This document shows positions 11,501 through 24,804 of a stretch of 64,000 bases of DNA, piece after piece. Origin of the DNA: Marsupella aquatica (Eukaryota; Plantae; Marchantiophyta). The translations under genes and the position numbers were made by a program. The DNA is taken from NCBI GenBank assembly GCA_973895155.1, contig OZ316894.1:18762805-18826804 (forward strand), read 5' to 3'. Numbering within the stretch: the first letter of the stretch is position 1; the number at the start of each line of letters is the position of its first letter. The notes under the pieces are model-generated. The model had not been told where the DNA came from. It searched no databases and was given only the letters and a program-made list of their open reading frames with translations.

Positions 11501-13748
11501 AGTGACAATTGCTGGAGATTTTAACAGTACACCGAATGTGTGTATTTTTCCAGACCTTCCAGATCAGTTATTTTTGGCTGTCCTTTCAGTCTCAGATTTC
11601 AATTCTTTGATCTGTGATGTGAGCTCGTAAAAGCACTGCCAAGAGGGCGTTAATATACTTAAAGCACTGAAGAGATTTTCACAAAATAATTTGATATCAA
11701 TGATAGTGACATTGCCACTTTTTAATTTTACCGGTAGCCCTTATAACATACGGGCCAGCCTGTCCAGTGTGATGAACACGCCGAACACACGCTGCAATTT
11801 TTTTCTTATAAAGTCTACAGAATTACAAAGAGAAAATTTCGAAATGGTGTAATACGATTTTCTTGCAAGGAGGTTGCTTATGACCCCAATTAATAAGTTC
11901 TGCTTTTCTAGAGGTGCAATGTCATCGAAGATCATGTAGAAGACTTTTTTTTCTGCTTTGTCAACGACTAGGCCCTAAGGGTGTCCTGCGAACTTCAATT
12001 ACTTACAGTGATGTGTCTCTGACTGGTCTTGCAGAGTGATCTTTATAAGTTTCTGGCGACATGTGAGGTGAGGCCTCTGCCGGCTTTCTTTGGACACTTG
12101 AGATCGTTTGCAAGCTAAAGGGGGACCTCCTGGTCGTGGCTAGCGTTTAGATACTCTCACCGAGTTGCAGAACCTTGGGTTGGATGTTTGTGGATTTACG
12201 AAACTGAGTAATAATATAGTGGAATGTGGTTCAAAAGATTTCCTGTATGGTATTTCAGTTCACCGGAAGGTCTGAGTTCCTCTGATGATCATGTCTCCGC
12301 GGTTGAGTTTTTTAGCTCATTGGTTTCCTGAAGGCAGAGTGATTAGTCATATAGAAATGAATTCAAAGTTTTTCTGGCTTCCATTAAAAAAGCTTATCCT
12401 TTCTCGCAACTTTCCTTGGACGTTTGGTTTGTTAGGAAGGTAGTATCTGGATATCGTAACATTCTGAACTTCTCTTTGGCAGTTGGATGTCTCTTGTCTC
12501 AACAGAGCAACAATGTCTGGCCAAGTAGAGGCAGCGAATGGTGCACCTATGGCTTCGATGTCACAGCTGGGGCAGGGTTCGTCTACTGACAGGTATTCAA
12601 CTGGTGTGAGACTTAGGAGCCTGCCCTTAAGAGTTTGCAGGGAAGCAATGAATGAAGTTGGAGGTCCATCTTATTTGAAAGGGTGTGAAATTGATAGTCA
12701 CGTAATTGTCATCCAAGAGCTTTGATGCTGAACTCTGACATGTCGAGTGCTCCGGGTCTCATCCACTTTTTTTGAACTTGTCCCTGAAATCCAGTGCAAG
12801 AGGAGCCTCTCAGAATATCGTTAAGAAACGACATTGGACTCCTGAGGAGTTAGTTGCCGCAACTGGTACTTATGATTGCACAGCGTTGCGTCATAATTTA
12901 AAACTTCGCAGCGCGTATTCACAAATTAAGGTAATTTTAGTGAATACCATTCTGGTGTCTGTTTTTATTCACAACCTCTGCTTGTCGCAGCACTCATTTG
13001 TTTCCAACATGTAGACAGAAATTTCTCATGGGAAGCGTCGTGGCTACTGTTAGGGTGAAGATGGCTGCAGAGATGCCCAAGGGGAGCCACTTGTTACAAC
13101 TTTTCATAAGAAGTTTATGGGCACTGTCGACTATATATGGTACGCAGACCCCTTCCGAAGTACATGTTATTCTGAATAAATTACTCGTACTAGGATATCA
13201 AGGATTCTAATCCGGCTCAATTTTTCGAACAAGTATTGACTCCAGGGTTTCAATTTATGATGACTTTGCTGGAAATCAACGGTAGCCTCAAGCCAAATTG
13301 TCATCTGTAAGTTTTGCTATGGGCTGAATGTTGCAGGCATACTGAGGGCATTGACACAATGAAAGTGCTGGATACCGTACCTGTAAATGTGTTACAACGC
13401 ACTCGAGGCCTTCCATCTAAGGTACTCCACTGCAAAGACAGTTCCCTTCGAACTTTCATGGAGAATGGAATTGAGCCCTTCTGTGGGGTTCTTGAAGCAG
13501 TTGTTAGAGGGACCTTGGTTCATGGTAATTTAGTCTTGAATGTCAAAGAAAAAGTTACGGTGAGCTGTAGCTCTTCATGACCCTTGTCCACCCGAGTTGC
13601 CTTTGACCTAGGTGATTGATCTGCTTCCAGTCAGCTCTTATAAGAAGTGGAAGTTGTGTTATGTTGCGTGCAGAAATGGGGTAGTGATCATCTCGCACTA
13701 GCTTGTGAGCTTGCCTTTCTTCCTGGCTTGGCGCCCAACTTGCCTTAG
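8524..13748 (+). CDS. CCR4/Angel-like endonuclease-exonuclease-phosphatase (carbon catabolite repressor 4 homolog), about 14 exons
   Basis: Spliced EEP motifs in order: VSYNILA (exon 9447-9613), DIMCLQ/EVD (9961-10026), RTGGARDGCAMFW (approx. 10300-10352), DNVAQL, IGNIHVLFNPKRGDVKLGQ, AGDFNSTP, FMGTVDYIW, KWGSDHLAL, stop TAG 13746-13748. Exon 1 (8524-9217) encodes an S/R/A-rich leader and a G/R/Q-rich disordered region. Confidence 0.92.
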
Positions 13749-16700
13749 CCCGTATGGCAGAAAAACTGCCAAAATGGTTGACATGGGACTGACACCATGA
13801 TCCAGTGAAGAACAGGTTTTTATGATTGGTGTGGACTTGAGGAGGTAATATGCTCAAGAAAATGGACTGTATTTTGTTTAGTTAGGTTTTATCAGTCAGT
13901 TCCCTGCTCGAACAGTGATCGCTGGACTTGAAGTTGAGAACCCAGCGAGCCTAACAATGAAGGAATACTCATAGTAATATGCAAATCAAAGCGCCCCCCC
14001 AAGAAAGTATACATATAAACCAAATTCATGAATAGAACTCCTGATGTAATTTTCATTCTTGGCTTTCTCGGCATCTTTGGTGACGGCCTCTATTGTGCTT
14101 CGTTCGTGGCACAGGAAAGTTCATATGTGGATTTGCTCGTCGGTGGACGTTCGCAGACAGGTTCTATGAAGCGCAAGACATGTACAGTATTGAATTTTTC
14201 ATCATTCACCTTGATTCCTGGGAAAGATTTCTCTGATTCTGAGAATTCTCTGTAATTATCTGGGTCCCATGACCTCACTAGGTCACCGATGGCAATAAAG
14301 TCTTTCAGTCAATTTTTCTGCTTTCAAAGTCTTGTCTAGCTCTGTATCCTTTTCAATGAATTGTGGTAATTTTTACCATTTGTCGTGGAGGAATTTTACC
14401 TGTTTTCGTCGTCCTTGTCTAAGGGTTTTCCCTTGCTTTCTCCTCTTTATTGGGGTTCCTGCTTTCTCCCTGTTTGACGCTTCTTGGTCTTTGAATATAT
14501 CTTCGTTGTCTAGAAAGTATGCAAACCTTGCATTGCCTTCAACCCTCATGAGGCGTTTGAGTATATCTTCTTTGTCTAGAAAGTTTGCCAGCTTGCAATG
14601 CCTCTCATGAGTTTTCAGGGATTTTCAGGAATGCCTTCAATACTCATGAGTTCTGCCTGTTGTTATGGTGAGCAACACTTCCCTAATCAATAAACCCAAA
14701 TAATGGGAACTTGATAACTCCACTACGCCCCCAAAAAAGAAGGTCATGGACCCGTCCTATAAGGATTTAATGCTTGCTGAAGTTACTGACATAGTAAAAA
14801 AAGAGCACACTATTTTGTTTTGCCAAAGTACTGGAAGTGAGCAAAAATTGTATTCCTGAACAATCTTTGTATAGAGACAATTAATTACTCCAAATTTTGC
14901 ATCACTTTTATCACGGCTTACATGAGTAGTTTATTTGAAACAACAACTCTAGGTTTTGTTTGCAGTTTACTAGTAAGATGTAGCTAGTAAGCAAAACCCA
15001 TTGAGGTTGGCGAGGCTCCAATATGCATGAAAAACATGTGCGTCCTAGTCCTAGCTGATCCGCCAGGAAAATGATGCACGAAGTCAGAGGGTCATTGTAG
15101 CATGTGAGGAAACAGTAAAAAATTACTAGCATGAGCAAATTTTATACTCACATGACCCCTATTTTTACAGCCAACTGCCTCGCCAACAACAACCTGGTTG
15201 GTAACATCCAAATGTGTGACTCCTCTTATGACTAGCAAACTCACTAGCCATCTGGAGTTTGATAAAAACACTGAAAATATAAAGGCAGCAAAAATTGAAA
15301 GAAATTAAAACCACTGATGACTTGCTAACATCACTCTCCTCACTAGCAAAATTAGTGTTTGCTAGCATTATATAGAAGTGGAGCTTACTAGGGCGTGTCA
15401 AAACAGGCCTGTAATTCGGTTACAAATTAGGACATAAACTCATTTTACAGACAAAGATAAAATCACTATAGGAGACCAAAATACATACCCCATAAGCATT
15501 TTATGTCCAAACATCCACAGCAGTACTTGCTCCCAATATACAATACCTCCTCGACTGTAGAAGTGGAGCCAGACGAGATCAGGTCAGCTGAGACCATGAG
15601 ACCTTCGTGGAGAGTGAGATGGGACCTTCGAGGAGACTGAGATGGGACCGCAGGAGAACAGTCGACCATCAATCGCGTTCAGTATCGTCATCCCACGTCA
15701 CAATTCAGATACGGTATCCCACAATTGGGAGTTCTGGACCCAGTCTTTGGTCAAACAGAGGGCCCCAAAGTCCCAAACTCCCATAGTCCAAAGCAAAGCC
15801 AGAAACAGAGAGAATCCGCGGTTCCGAAGTCGTCTCGAAAGTCCCCCAAAATGCTGCATGAATCGCATGTGCTCCACAAGGATCCCCAGTCCTGCGTGCC
15901 AGCTGGATTCGTGCCTACTCGATCCGGTCCGGCCCTTCCCTTTGAGCCTCGAGGAACGAGCACTCCCACCGATCATCACCGATGCCCGTCTTGAGAGTGA
16001 AACTCAGGTGTTGCAATCCACCATATAATCACAAGAAGCGGTCGAGAGTTGCTGTGATGCAGTTATTGACGGTGACAATTGCCGTTGTGCTGGAGAAGGA
16101 GAGAATTGAGATCTGATTAGCCCAGGGAAAGTAAGCCTTTCGTTGGTTTTGGAAGTGGATGGTTCAGGAGGGGAAAGAGGGAAAACGAGCAACGAATTGG
16201 GCGATTTCTTTGACCTGCTCACAATCTGTACTGTCATTGGAAGCCATTGACGAGTTCAGTTGAATTGATAGAGTGATTTGTAGCCACTGGATATTGTGGG
16301 CAGCAGGGCAGGGCAGGGCGAGGCAGGGCAGGAGCTGGCTGGCTGGCTATAGTAGTCGGGAGGAGGAAGCACATAGATGGCCGGGTTGGTGCAGAAAAGT
16401 GTGATAAATCCGGTGTTTCTTGTATCGAGGGGCTCAACTTCGAACGGATTTTGGAGCAAACAGAGGTTGGCTGCAGGTGAATCTGCTAGGCCGCGGTCGT
16501 TGAAGACGAAACAATCCAGTGCTTCGACTCCAGGTTTGTTTGATATTCCCTCTCCTGTTTATGCACATGAACGGTGTTTTTTCACTAAAGACGGAATTTT
16601 GGGAAGAGTGTTTGTTGTGCAGTGTCCACCGGTGTTTAGCCTGGGCACGTAGCTGAGATGAAGGAGGGGCTGTAGGTGTGAATTGTCTCTACGTTTGGGT

Positions 16701-17951
16701 TTCGAGAATTCCGAGCTTGCCTTCACCTTCTCCCACCCTGTCCCGCATTCTTGCCCTTACTCAGACCTCATTCAGATATGAAATCTGGGAGCTTCTTGCC
16801 CTTACTCATTCTTGCCCCTACTGCTTCGAGCAGACATTTTCATTCATCAGCAATTTTGCATCTACGCTGAATTGTCTGTCAGCTCTGCTTCTCGTCCCAG
16901 TCAAGTGACGGACTTCTTCCTCTCCTATTCGAATTTGCTGTAAACGGAGCTTCTTCCCAATCTATCGACTGATACCCCAGCTTGCCACCGGGAACATGAA
17001 ATATATAGTCGTGACCCCTACCGCCATACTTCTTTGCTTACAATTCAATTTTGGTGGAGTACAGTATTTCATCGAGACTGTTTACTGTATGCGTTACGAG
17101 ATTCCTTGCTCATTGCACTAATCTTCACCTTTAGGTGGAGTATTACTTCAATGAGAGATATTATGATTTCAATGTCGATTTTATGACTCAGTTTGTGTAG
17201 CACAAATAACGAGTTTTTATTAATTCAAAAGACGTAAGATGGTCGGTTTTCTTATATCTCATCCTATTGGCTGCTGACTGTTCTGGACAGTATCCCTGAA
17301 GATGGGGTCATCCGTTCATGCACCTCCCCCGTAATGTCAGAGAAGGAGATCGCCGTGCTTTCTTTTCTCAGTGACAAAAAGTTGTTGGGTTTATTGCTTA
17401 GCACTTCCTGATTGCTTGAACGCATTCCTTCACTTCCACATATCGCGTTCGTGCAATCCCTATTTCGAGTTAGTCGTTTGTTGACTTTCTCTCATAAAAG
17501 CTACAAATGATTCACAACAGTACTCTCACGTTGGTTCTTGCAAACTTTGAAGTGACTTGTATATGAATGCACGAAAATTACGAACAGTTGATATTACCTG
17601 ACAGTACCAAAAACATTCATGGCAGTACTCCCTTTTTCTGGCAATTATGTGAAGTTGTGACCTGTGAACGAATGATGATTGTATGAACTTGAGATCGAGA
17701 GTCTTACGACAGCTTTTGGGGATTTTGACCTCCCATCTGCTTCTTCAACGCTAGTAGTTCAGGTTTGTTAGAATAAATTCTGAAATTCCTGCAAGAAACA
17801 TGGGGCACAGAGTACATTCTCTATTCTCTCTGCACGAGCTGAGACGCAAAAGAAGGACACCACCCCCCACACATTCCCTGGGGCCTTTCGTTGACGGACG
17901 ATTTGAAATCTGTGCGCAGGACGAGCACTAGGGCCAGTTGGAAGATCATGG

Positions 17952-19112
17952 ATGAGGATTCGTGCCGCTGCGGATGCTGGACAGGACGACTCTGCGCCAA
18001 ACTTTGAGCAGCAGACGTCCCCATACTTCACTGCTCAGAACCCGGGCTTCTTGAACGTGCAGGAAAGCAACTTCTTCAAGCCCCCCAAGTCCAACAAAGG
18101 ATGGGACGACCCGAGACTGCTTGCACAGCTTCGATCCCTCGCTGTGGTTGCTGACGACCGAGCCGAGATGCATGGCGCAGTGGCTATCCAGAGAGACAAT
18201 TGGGGGAAACTCATCCAAGTGACGGTCTCCATGTCGATGATATCTGCCGGCATTCTCAGCGCCCTCAACACCAGGGCTTCGCCAGGGACATTATTCAACT
18301 TGTCATTGACATCAGCTCTGCTCTCCGCGGTGTCCATTATCTTCATGGGGTTGCAGAATTGGTTCCAGCCTTCACAGCTTGCCGAGGAGCAAAGGGCAGC
18401 AACCCGTTTCTTCAAAAACCTGGTCAATGAAATCGAGGCCTGTTTGCAACCCGGTGGGTCTCAATTAAAGGAGGAGGCTAAATTGTTCTACGAGTCAAAG
18501 GTCCAAAAACTGAAATACCTAGATAGGGCTTTCCCTCTGCCATTGTTCCCCGGGGGTCTGGAAAAGTTTCCCAAGGATCCCGAGCCCTCTGTTTTGAGTG
18601 CCCCAGTTGACACTGACAAGCCAGAGGTGAATCCCACCTCGGAGGACTTAGACAATGGCTGGTCCCCCTCCATTATTCAAGACTTGAAGAGAACATCGGA
18701 GCTTTTAAAGAGATCAGAAATAGCTACTTATTCTGGGTGGCAAAAGAACGCGTCGAAGATTAACAAGTTTCTAGCAATTTCTGGTCCAGTTTTAGCGTTC
18801 GTGAGCATCGTGGCAAACTTTGTGGGAGGAAGTGCCGGTGCTGTGGTGGCTGCTGGATGCTGTGTTCTGGCTGCTCTCATCAGTAGCTTCTCACATGATG
18901 CTCAAGTGGGTATGATTTATGAAATGTACCGAGAGGTGGCAGGCACTTTCATGGACACGGACAAGGAAATTCAAAGAAATCTTCGTCTGCCAGTGGACCA
19001 ACGAGAGGATGGGGAGCTTTTCCACCAGAAGATTGCCATGCTACTGGGACGTAGAGAGGGTGAGGCAATTGTTAGCAGCAAAGACCAAACATCTGCAGGA
19101 ACTCTTCTGTGA
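17952..19112 (+). CDS. At4g22030-like 'petal formation-expressed' (Chloroplast_duf-type) membrane protein; may have an extra upstream exon (acceptor near 17919)
   Basis: 386-aa uninterrupted ORF with family motifs DRAEMH..QRDNW, QPSQLAEEQRAATRFFK, LDRAFPLPL..LEKFP, NGWS, LAISGP, QVGMIYEMYR, REDGELF..KIAMLLGR. Confidence 0.85.
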   Translation: MRIRAAADAGQDDSAPNFEQQTSPYFTAQNPGFLNVQESNFFKPPKSNKGWDDPRLLAQLRSLAVVADDRAEMHGAVAIQRDNWGKLIQVTVSMSMISAGILSALNTRASPGTLFNLSLTSALLSAVSIIFMGLQNWFQPSQLAEEQRAATRFFKNLVNEIEACLQPGGSQLKEEAKLFYESKVQKLKYLDRAFPLPLFPGGLEKFPKDPEPSVLSAPVDTDKPEVNPTSEDLDNGWSPSIIQDLKRTSELLKRSEIATYSGWQKNASKINKFLAISGPVLAFVSIVANFVGGSAGAVVAAGCCVLAALISSFSHDAQVGMIYEMYREVAGTFMDTDKEIQRNLRLPVDQREDGELFHQKIAMLLGRREGEAIVSSKDQTSAGTLL

Positions 19113-22100
19113 AAAATTATCCAAGTCCGTAGAATTCTCAGGTTTTCTCCCTCCCCGCCCTCCCCAAGACTCTACTCAGAATTTCTGTCTTTCTTCTCTC
19201 TTTCATTCTGAGAGTTCTGCGCGTGATGGTAGCCACTGAAGTCCATCTCCACTTCATGTCTCAAGACATGAAAACGTGCTTTGTGTATGACAAGCACTTT
19301 CATTTTACGTATAACAGGCTGTTAAAGGATGTCACTGCTTCAAGATGGATGGTTATCACTGAGCGTGTGTGTCCATTCACTGAATTGGAGCCTCTGCAGC
19401 TGGGCCTCACAGACATGCCGCTTCATAAGCCTAGCTGTTTTGTCACCAAGACATTTAATCTTGTGTGCAACGTAGAAAGAAGCCCACGGTATGTGACAGT
19501 TCTGGGAAGCAGATGGAGAGGATTCTGAATGCTTACCAAGTTTTTCCACGTCTGGACTCAAGATCTTGTCAAAATGACAATTTTCTCCGGAAGTGATGCA
19601 CTTGCTTCTAGCACTATAGCAAGTTCTTTGCCCCGTTTGTAAAGCAGGAGTTTATGTACAAAAGGGGATAGGAACTGAATATCTGAACCCATTCAGGAAT
19701 TGTATCCTCGTCTTCGTAAGGAAGTGCAGAAATTGGGAATTGGACCGTAACTACTGCATTCTCCTAAGAAGGAAAATCTGGCAATCAAAGCTGCGCTGAT
19801 TCGAGAATGTCCTGCTTGCTGTTCTAGAGAAAAAGTTTAACTTACATGGCATAAGTTCACCATGCACGTCCATCTCTGTACTCCATCCCTCAATTCTGTA
19901 CTAGATCTCTTCAACTCCTCGTTCAAGTCCTTGCATTTTACTGAACCCAGCTCTGGTCAACAATCAGAATATCAACATTGGTCTGAACTCTGACGTGAGT
20001 TTGCTCAGACAGAAGGGTGAAATCACAATTTTGAGTATTGATAGATTGGCTTCAGACTCTATTGGGTCCCGATCACCTTCCTTGCCCTTATTCAGGATTG
20101 TCTAGCAATGTTTTCCTGACAAAATCCTTCAACAAATGACTGCAGCACTGTTGTGGAATTTGTGCTTATTTGATGATTGACTGTTGCCCACCGATGAAAT
20201 CCTATCCTTGCAAAACATTTGGGATGGAGATCTCATCTGAAACTCATAGCTAAACACAAATGATCAGAGGTGACAGGAGGCATAAACTTATAGTAGCAGG
20301 TTGTTCAATTTTAAAAAGTTCTCACGAGAGAACCAAAGCTTACTCATTGGAGATTATAAATTAGCTTCGTGTATTTTTTGCTTATATAACAGTGCCAAAA
20401 ATGCAAAGGGGCCCGATGGGGAGACAAACCCAAATGCAGGGAGGCCCAAAAAAGGGGGAGGAAACAGGGAAAAGCCCTTGGAAAGCCAAAAAGCCAAAAA
20501 GCTTGAGAGTCCTTGGCTACATTCCACCACCACAACAAACAACAACTAACAACAAGATGCATTCAGCCCCGATTCAGCCTGACATACATGTCACACCTGT
20601 GAAGATTTGAGTTGGCTACAAATTACTCTATTTAGATGTAAGGTCTGCACAAGATTAGGTGTAAGCTGAGTAATAAGTACCATTTCAAAGTGGTACATGC
20701 AAGTATCAATAGTCTATTTGAGCATATTCAGCTGGCAGACATTGTGGTTATGGAAGCTAGATTTTGTTTTAAACCAATCTAAATCTATGCACTGTAATAT
20801 TGTATACTGCCATTTCTTTCCCATTGTCTGTTTACAAAATGGAAAAAGCTACGTCATGGTTTGGCCATGAATTTTATCCATTGATGAGTGTGGACCATTC
20901 AATTTGAAAAACGAGGGTGTGTTGGCATAGGACAAGGGCAGGCAGTAGTAGTAGCATAAACTCAAAACTCAAAACCCAAAACCAGAAAAATTGAAGCCTT
21001 GGGATCCATCTGCTGGCTAACCATGAAACTCCAACCCAGGCTTTCCCACACACCCATGCAACTCATGCCTTATCTTTGGATTTTATTTTCTCACTGCTCA
21101 CCACGTTGCATGGTGACCATAATACTTTTCTCCCCAATTGCCCAGTCCCTATACTCTTGACGTATTGTTGAGGACCCATCTCATGACTACTCTATAGCGC
21201 GTCAGGGAAGTGAGGCATAATGGAAAGCTACTATCTTGGGAATTATCAAGTTCGTCTGAAGTAAACCCCAGGGTCCTCACTTCTTTCCTTTTGACCCATC
21301 ATGCGCAAATAAGTATAGGTTTTTTTAATTGGGTTTAGTGAACTACTTAAATTTTTTTGTTGAAGAACACTAGGGTTATTTTAATCCAATTTTGAGAATA
21401 TAAGAATCATAGGGTTTTTAAAAATCAAATTTGGGAATATTCCAAGAATATTTCATTAAGTTAGGGGTAAAAAAACTTTATGGACTTAAGTTTTAGGATG
21501 TTTATTCCCCCAAAACTTCACGCATGATATGGGACACCCCTTGGATTGAGGCCCCCGATAAGTAAACCACATATCCTAGATATTTAGAGCACCTAACTCC
21601 CAACCCAGCTGTTGGCTTAATTGTAATGTTATATGGCACATCCTCAATGAACGGACTCGGGATCTCAACTTATGGTCAATTGAAGTTGGGGACCCGACTC
21701 AGGTCCAAGGCTCCCTGACCCAACACTCTCTTGCATTTCAACTGCCTTGGGCTCTTGCTGTTAGCCTCCTGTCCCTTCTGGCTCACCTCTCTCCAAGTCC
21801 AGGTCCAAGCTCACCCAATGTCCCACTGGACTGGCAACACTTGGGCAACAACCATTTTCACTTCAATAGAACATTCTGAAACGTTTCTTGCTTTGACCAT
21901 CTTTTGCACTAATTAACAACACAACACATGGTACAACATCAAGGTACATAGTTTGTTGCAACATTTCTTTTGACTTTATTTTCCACTCAAAATGAAACAC
22001 AACCCTTTTTGCAATTAATGACAACACTTCCACTTTGACAACATGAACCTCCCATTTGAAATCAAAACAACCACAATGACAAATGGGCAATGCAAATCTA

Positions 22101-23230
22101 ACTAGTCTAATTATGTGACCTGCCCAGCACATATTCGCCCATGGTCCAGATGTTTATGAATTTTGATTGGCCAGATCGATCCATGCATTTTGGCCTTACA
22201 ATTTCAAAGAGGATTTTTTGTGATACTCAAATAGTAGGAAATGGAGTTGTAAGGGGCAATATGTGGCAAGACAGCAGGTTTAGGGAAGATGATTGGTGGG
22301 CAGTTATGTCCTGGTTATGTCTACGCACAAGAGGGGTAGTGTGGATCAAGGGGGCTGGCACATGTTGGGCCATGGAGGGTGTTCCTACACTACTGTATAG
22401 TTTATATAGGAGGGTGAGCATTACCTTGCATTGTACTACTGTACGTACCCTATGGGCCCTCAATGTATGTAAACTAATGGAACAGTTGAACACTTTATCT
22501 AGCTATGTACAAGATATATTACAGGGAAAATTGATTGAAATACCCTTCCATTCTATTCACATGCTCGATCTCCATATTACATATTAAGCTGAAGGGCCTA
22601 GGGATGTCCATACCCATTAATTTAATGAAAGGGAGCATGTGCCAACCCCGGTGCCAACAGAGGGGTCAATTGACCAGGGAGGCACAATCATGGTGGGAGG
22701 TAGGAGGGAGGACTCAAGATTAGGAAAAACAAGAATCAAAGGACCCGATCTAGGAATCACTTAGTGTGAAGCCCCCTGAGATGGTGGATGGCAAGGTTGA
22801 GGGGTACTGAAACTAAGGATACAATTCTTTTTTCTCCTCAAAAAGGACGTTGTAAGAAATTGTTGATTCAAACTATACAAACAGCAAATGCGGAACATGA
22901 ATTTAAGCACACTCACGCATGAACCCTAGTATTAAGACCAAACAAACTAAAGTCGGGAACTCGGGTCAATTCCTAGCAACATGTTCACCTATTTAAGAAA
23001 TACACAAACTAAGAGTGAACCAAAAATTACATGAGATGGCTTGAATTGTTTGGAATGGTTGAGATTCAAGAATGGTTACATTTTCCATGCCAAGTCTTTG
23101 GGAGTGTGTCCAGACTATATGGAAGTCCCAATCTTCTTTGGAAATGTCGCTGGGAAATGTGTTTATTCTTTTTGGAAGTGTGTTATACTATATCTTCATG
23201 ATATTTTCATTCCTTTTATCTCCTTTTGAT

Positions 23231-23651
23231 TGTTGGGTATTTACTCTTACGTCTAGGTTAGGTATGACGTGGTTGGTACAACAACGTGGGTTGGTACAAC
23301 TACGTGGTTAGGTACAACTACGTGATTAGGTATAACTATGTGGTTAGGTACAACTACGTGGTTAGGTACAACTATGTGGTTAGGTACAACTAAGTTGCAC
23401 ACTATATCATAAGAGGCATGTGTGCTTGGAGAGGTAGAACCAAGACTCATTGTTATGGAGCCACTTGAGAGATAAGGAGAGCTTACACTGTGGAGACTCG
23501 GTATAGCCGACGGGCTTAGAGTTCAGTAAAGCTCTCTTGTGTGTTCCCGTGGACGTAGCCTCAAGGAGGTGAACCACGTATCTCTTGTGTCGACTATTGT
23601 GCGTTGGATGGTTCATGGGCTTCCCGTTGCGATCGTCGTCTATGCTCAACA
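23231..23651 (+). repeat. 5' LTR (421 bp) containing an 18-bp tandem repeat
   Basis: Starts TGTTGGG, ends CTCAACA; about 7 copies of GTGGTTAGGTACAACTAC. Confidence 0.95.
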
Positions 23652-23653
23652 AT

Positions 23654-23665
23654 TGGTATCAGAGC
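23654..23665 (+). other. Primer binding site complementary to the 3' end of tRNA-iMet
   Basis: TGGTATCAGAGC two bases after the 5' LTR. Confidence 0.92.
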
Positions 23666-24804
23666 ATGCTTGGGAGGTGACGTGTGTTCGTGACGGGATT
23701 TCATGACGGTTTTTCCAGCGTTAAGTGTCGGTGGATTTCCCGGAGTTCCGTCGCATGGAACTTGGAGTTTATGGGCTCAACGGATAGATCAGGGCAAGAG
23801 CTTTCTAACGGTGTGAAGAAATCGCTGAACGGAGCTCGTGGTGCAGAGAGATCTAAGTTTTCATCGTTCTGGATTTTGTGAAGAAAGTTGGCAATCGACT
23901 CGGAGGGAGAAGCGTCAAGTGTTTTGACTCAACGGAGAGATTGAGGCAAGACGATTGTTTTGAGTCCGGGATTGGCTCTTTGATGCAAAGAGGAAGGCTA
24001 AGCAAAATCAATTACCTTGTTGGACTTGGTGACGGCACCAAGTGCAATTGATCAACATTCGTTGTTGACAAGGTACCATTTTTTTCTCTTTGAAAAACTG
24101 ATTCGAAATTGGCTATGGCAATTGAGAGAAATCTGTCATCTTTACCAATTTTTTTCTCCCTCGTTCTTTTCTCGTTTTGGGTGCTTCTTATATCGATCTT
24201 CACCACCTCAGAGTCTAGTTTCCAAATCTGAAATCAGATCTTGATTTCGTCAAAACCCGAGTGAGATATCTTGCGTTTGGTGTCGAGGGGTACATTATGC
24301 CGTGTGTATTTTCTGCGCGCGCGACCAGATTTCGACGACGAAGGGTGGTAGGGGGTTTTGGGGGTTCGAGGACACGTGTCAGCCCCTCGATTTTTCTTCC
24401 AAAATTCCCACAGGGCCTGTACAAGGGTCATAGAATATTCCAAAAAACCAGAGAGCTATTTTTTGACCGTCCGACAAAGATTTCATCCGCCGAACGGTAA
24501 CTTTTTTGGTTATTTTTCGGCGAGGTCGTAGCCATTGAAGTTGGCAACGCGGCGCACCAATCACATCGCAATTTTGACAACGGGTTGTACTTGGTATTTT
24601 GGTTATTCCTTGAGGTGGTCAAAACGGGGGAGTTTCCCAAGGTTTTACCCACCTCGACCGAAATTTGAATAACTTTTCCGTCAAATTTTGATTTTGATTT
24701 TGGTTTTCAGTATTGGACTCCTAGCTTTGTTGGCTACGCGGCGGTGTTGAGTTTCGAGTTTTTTGAGAAGTTATGAAAAACAACATTTTTTGTGATTTTC
24801 TCAT

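Noticed and set aside
15586-15691. CLE/IDA-like peptide (VPSHSPRRSH) on the minus strand
   Set aside because: It arises from a 23-bp DNA repeat appearing in two frames, has no signal peptide, and matches the motif poorly.
15775-15793. miR159/319-like TTTGGACTATGGGAG on the minus strand
   Set aside because: It has an indel and mismatches against the mature miRNA and lacks the long precursor stem.
23253-23450. VVPNH-repeat ORF (also 29313-29513)
   Set aside because: Translation of the 18-bp LTR tandem repeat, not a gene.
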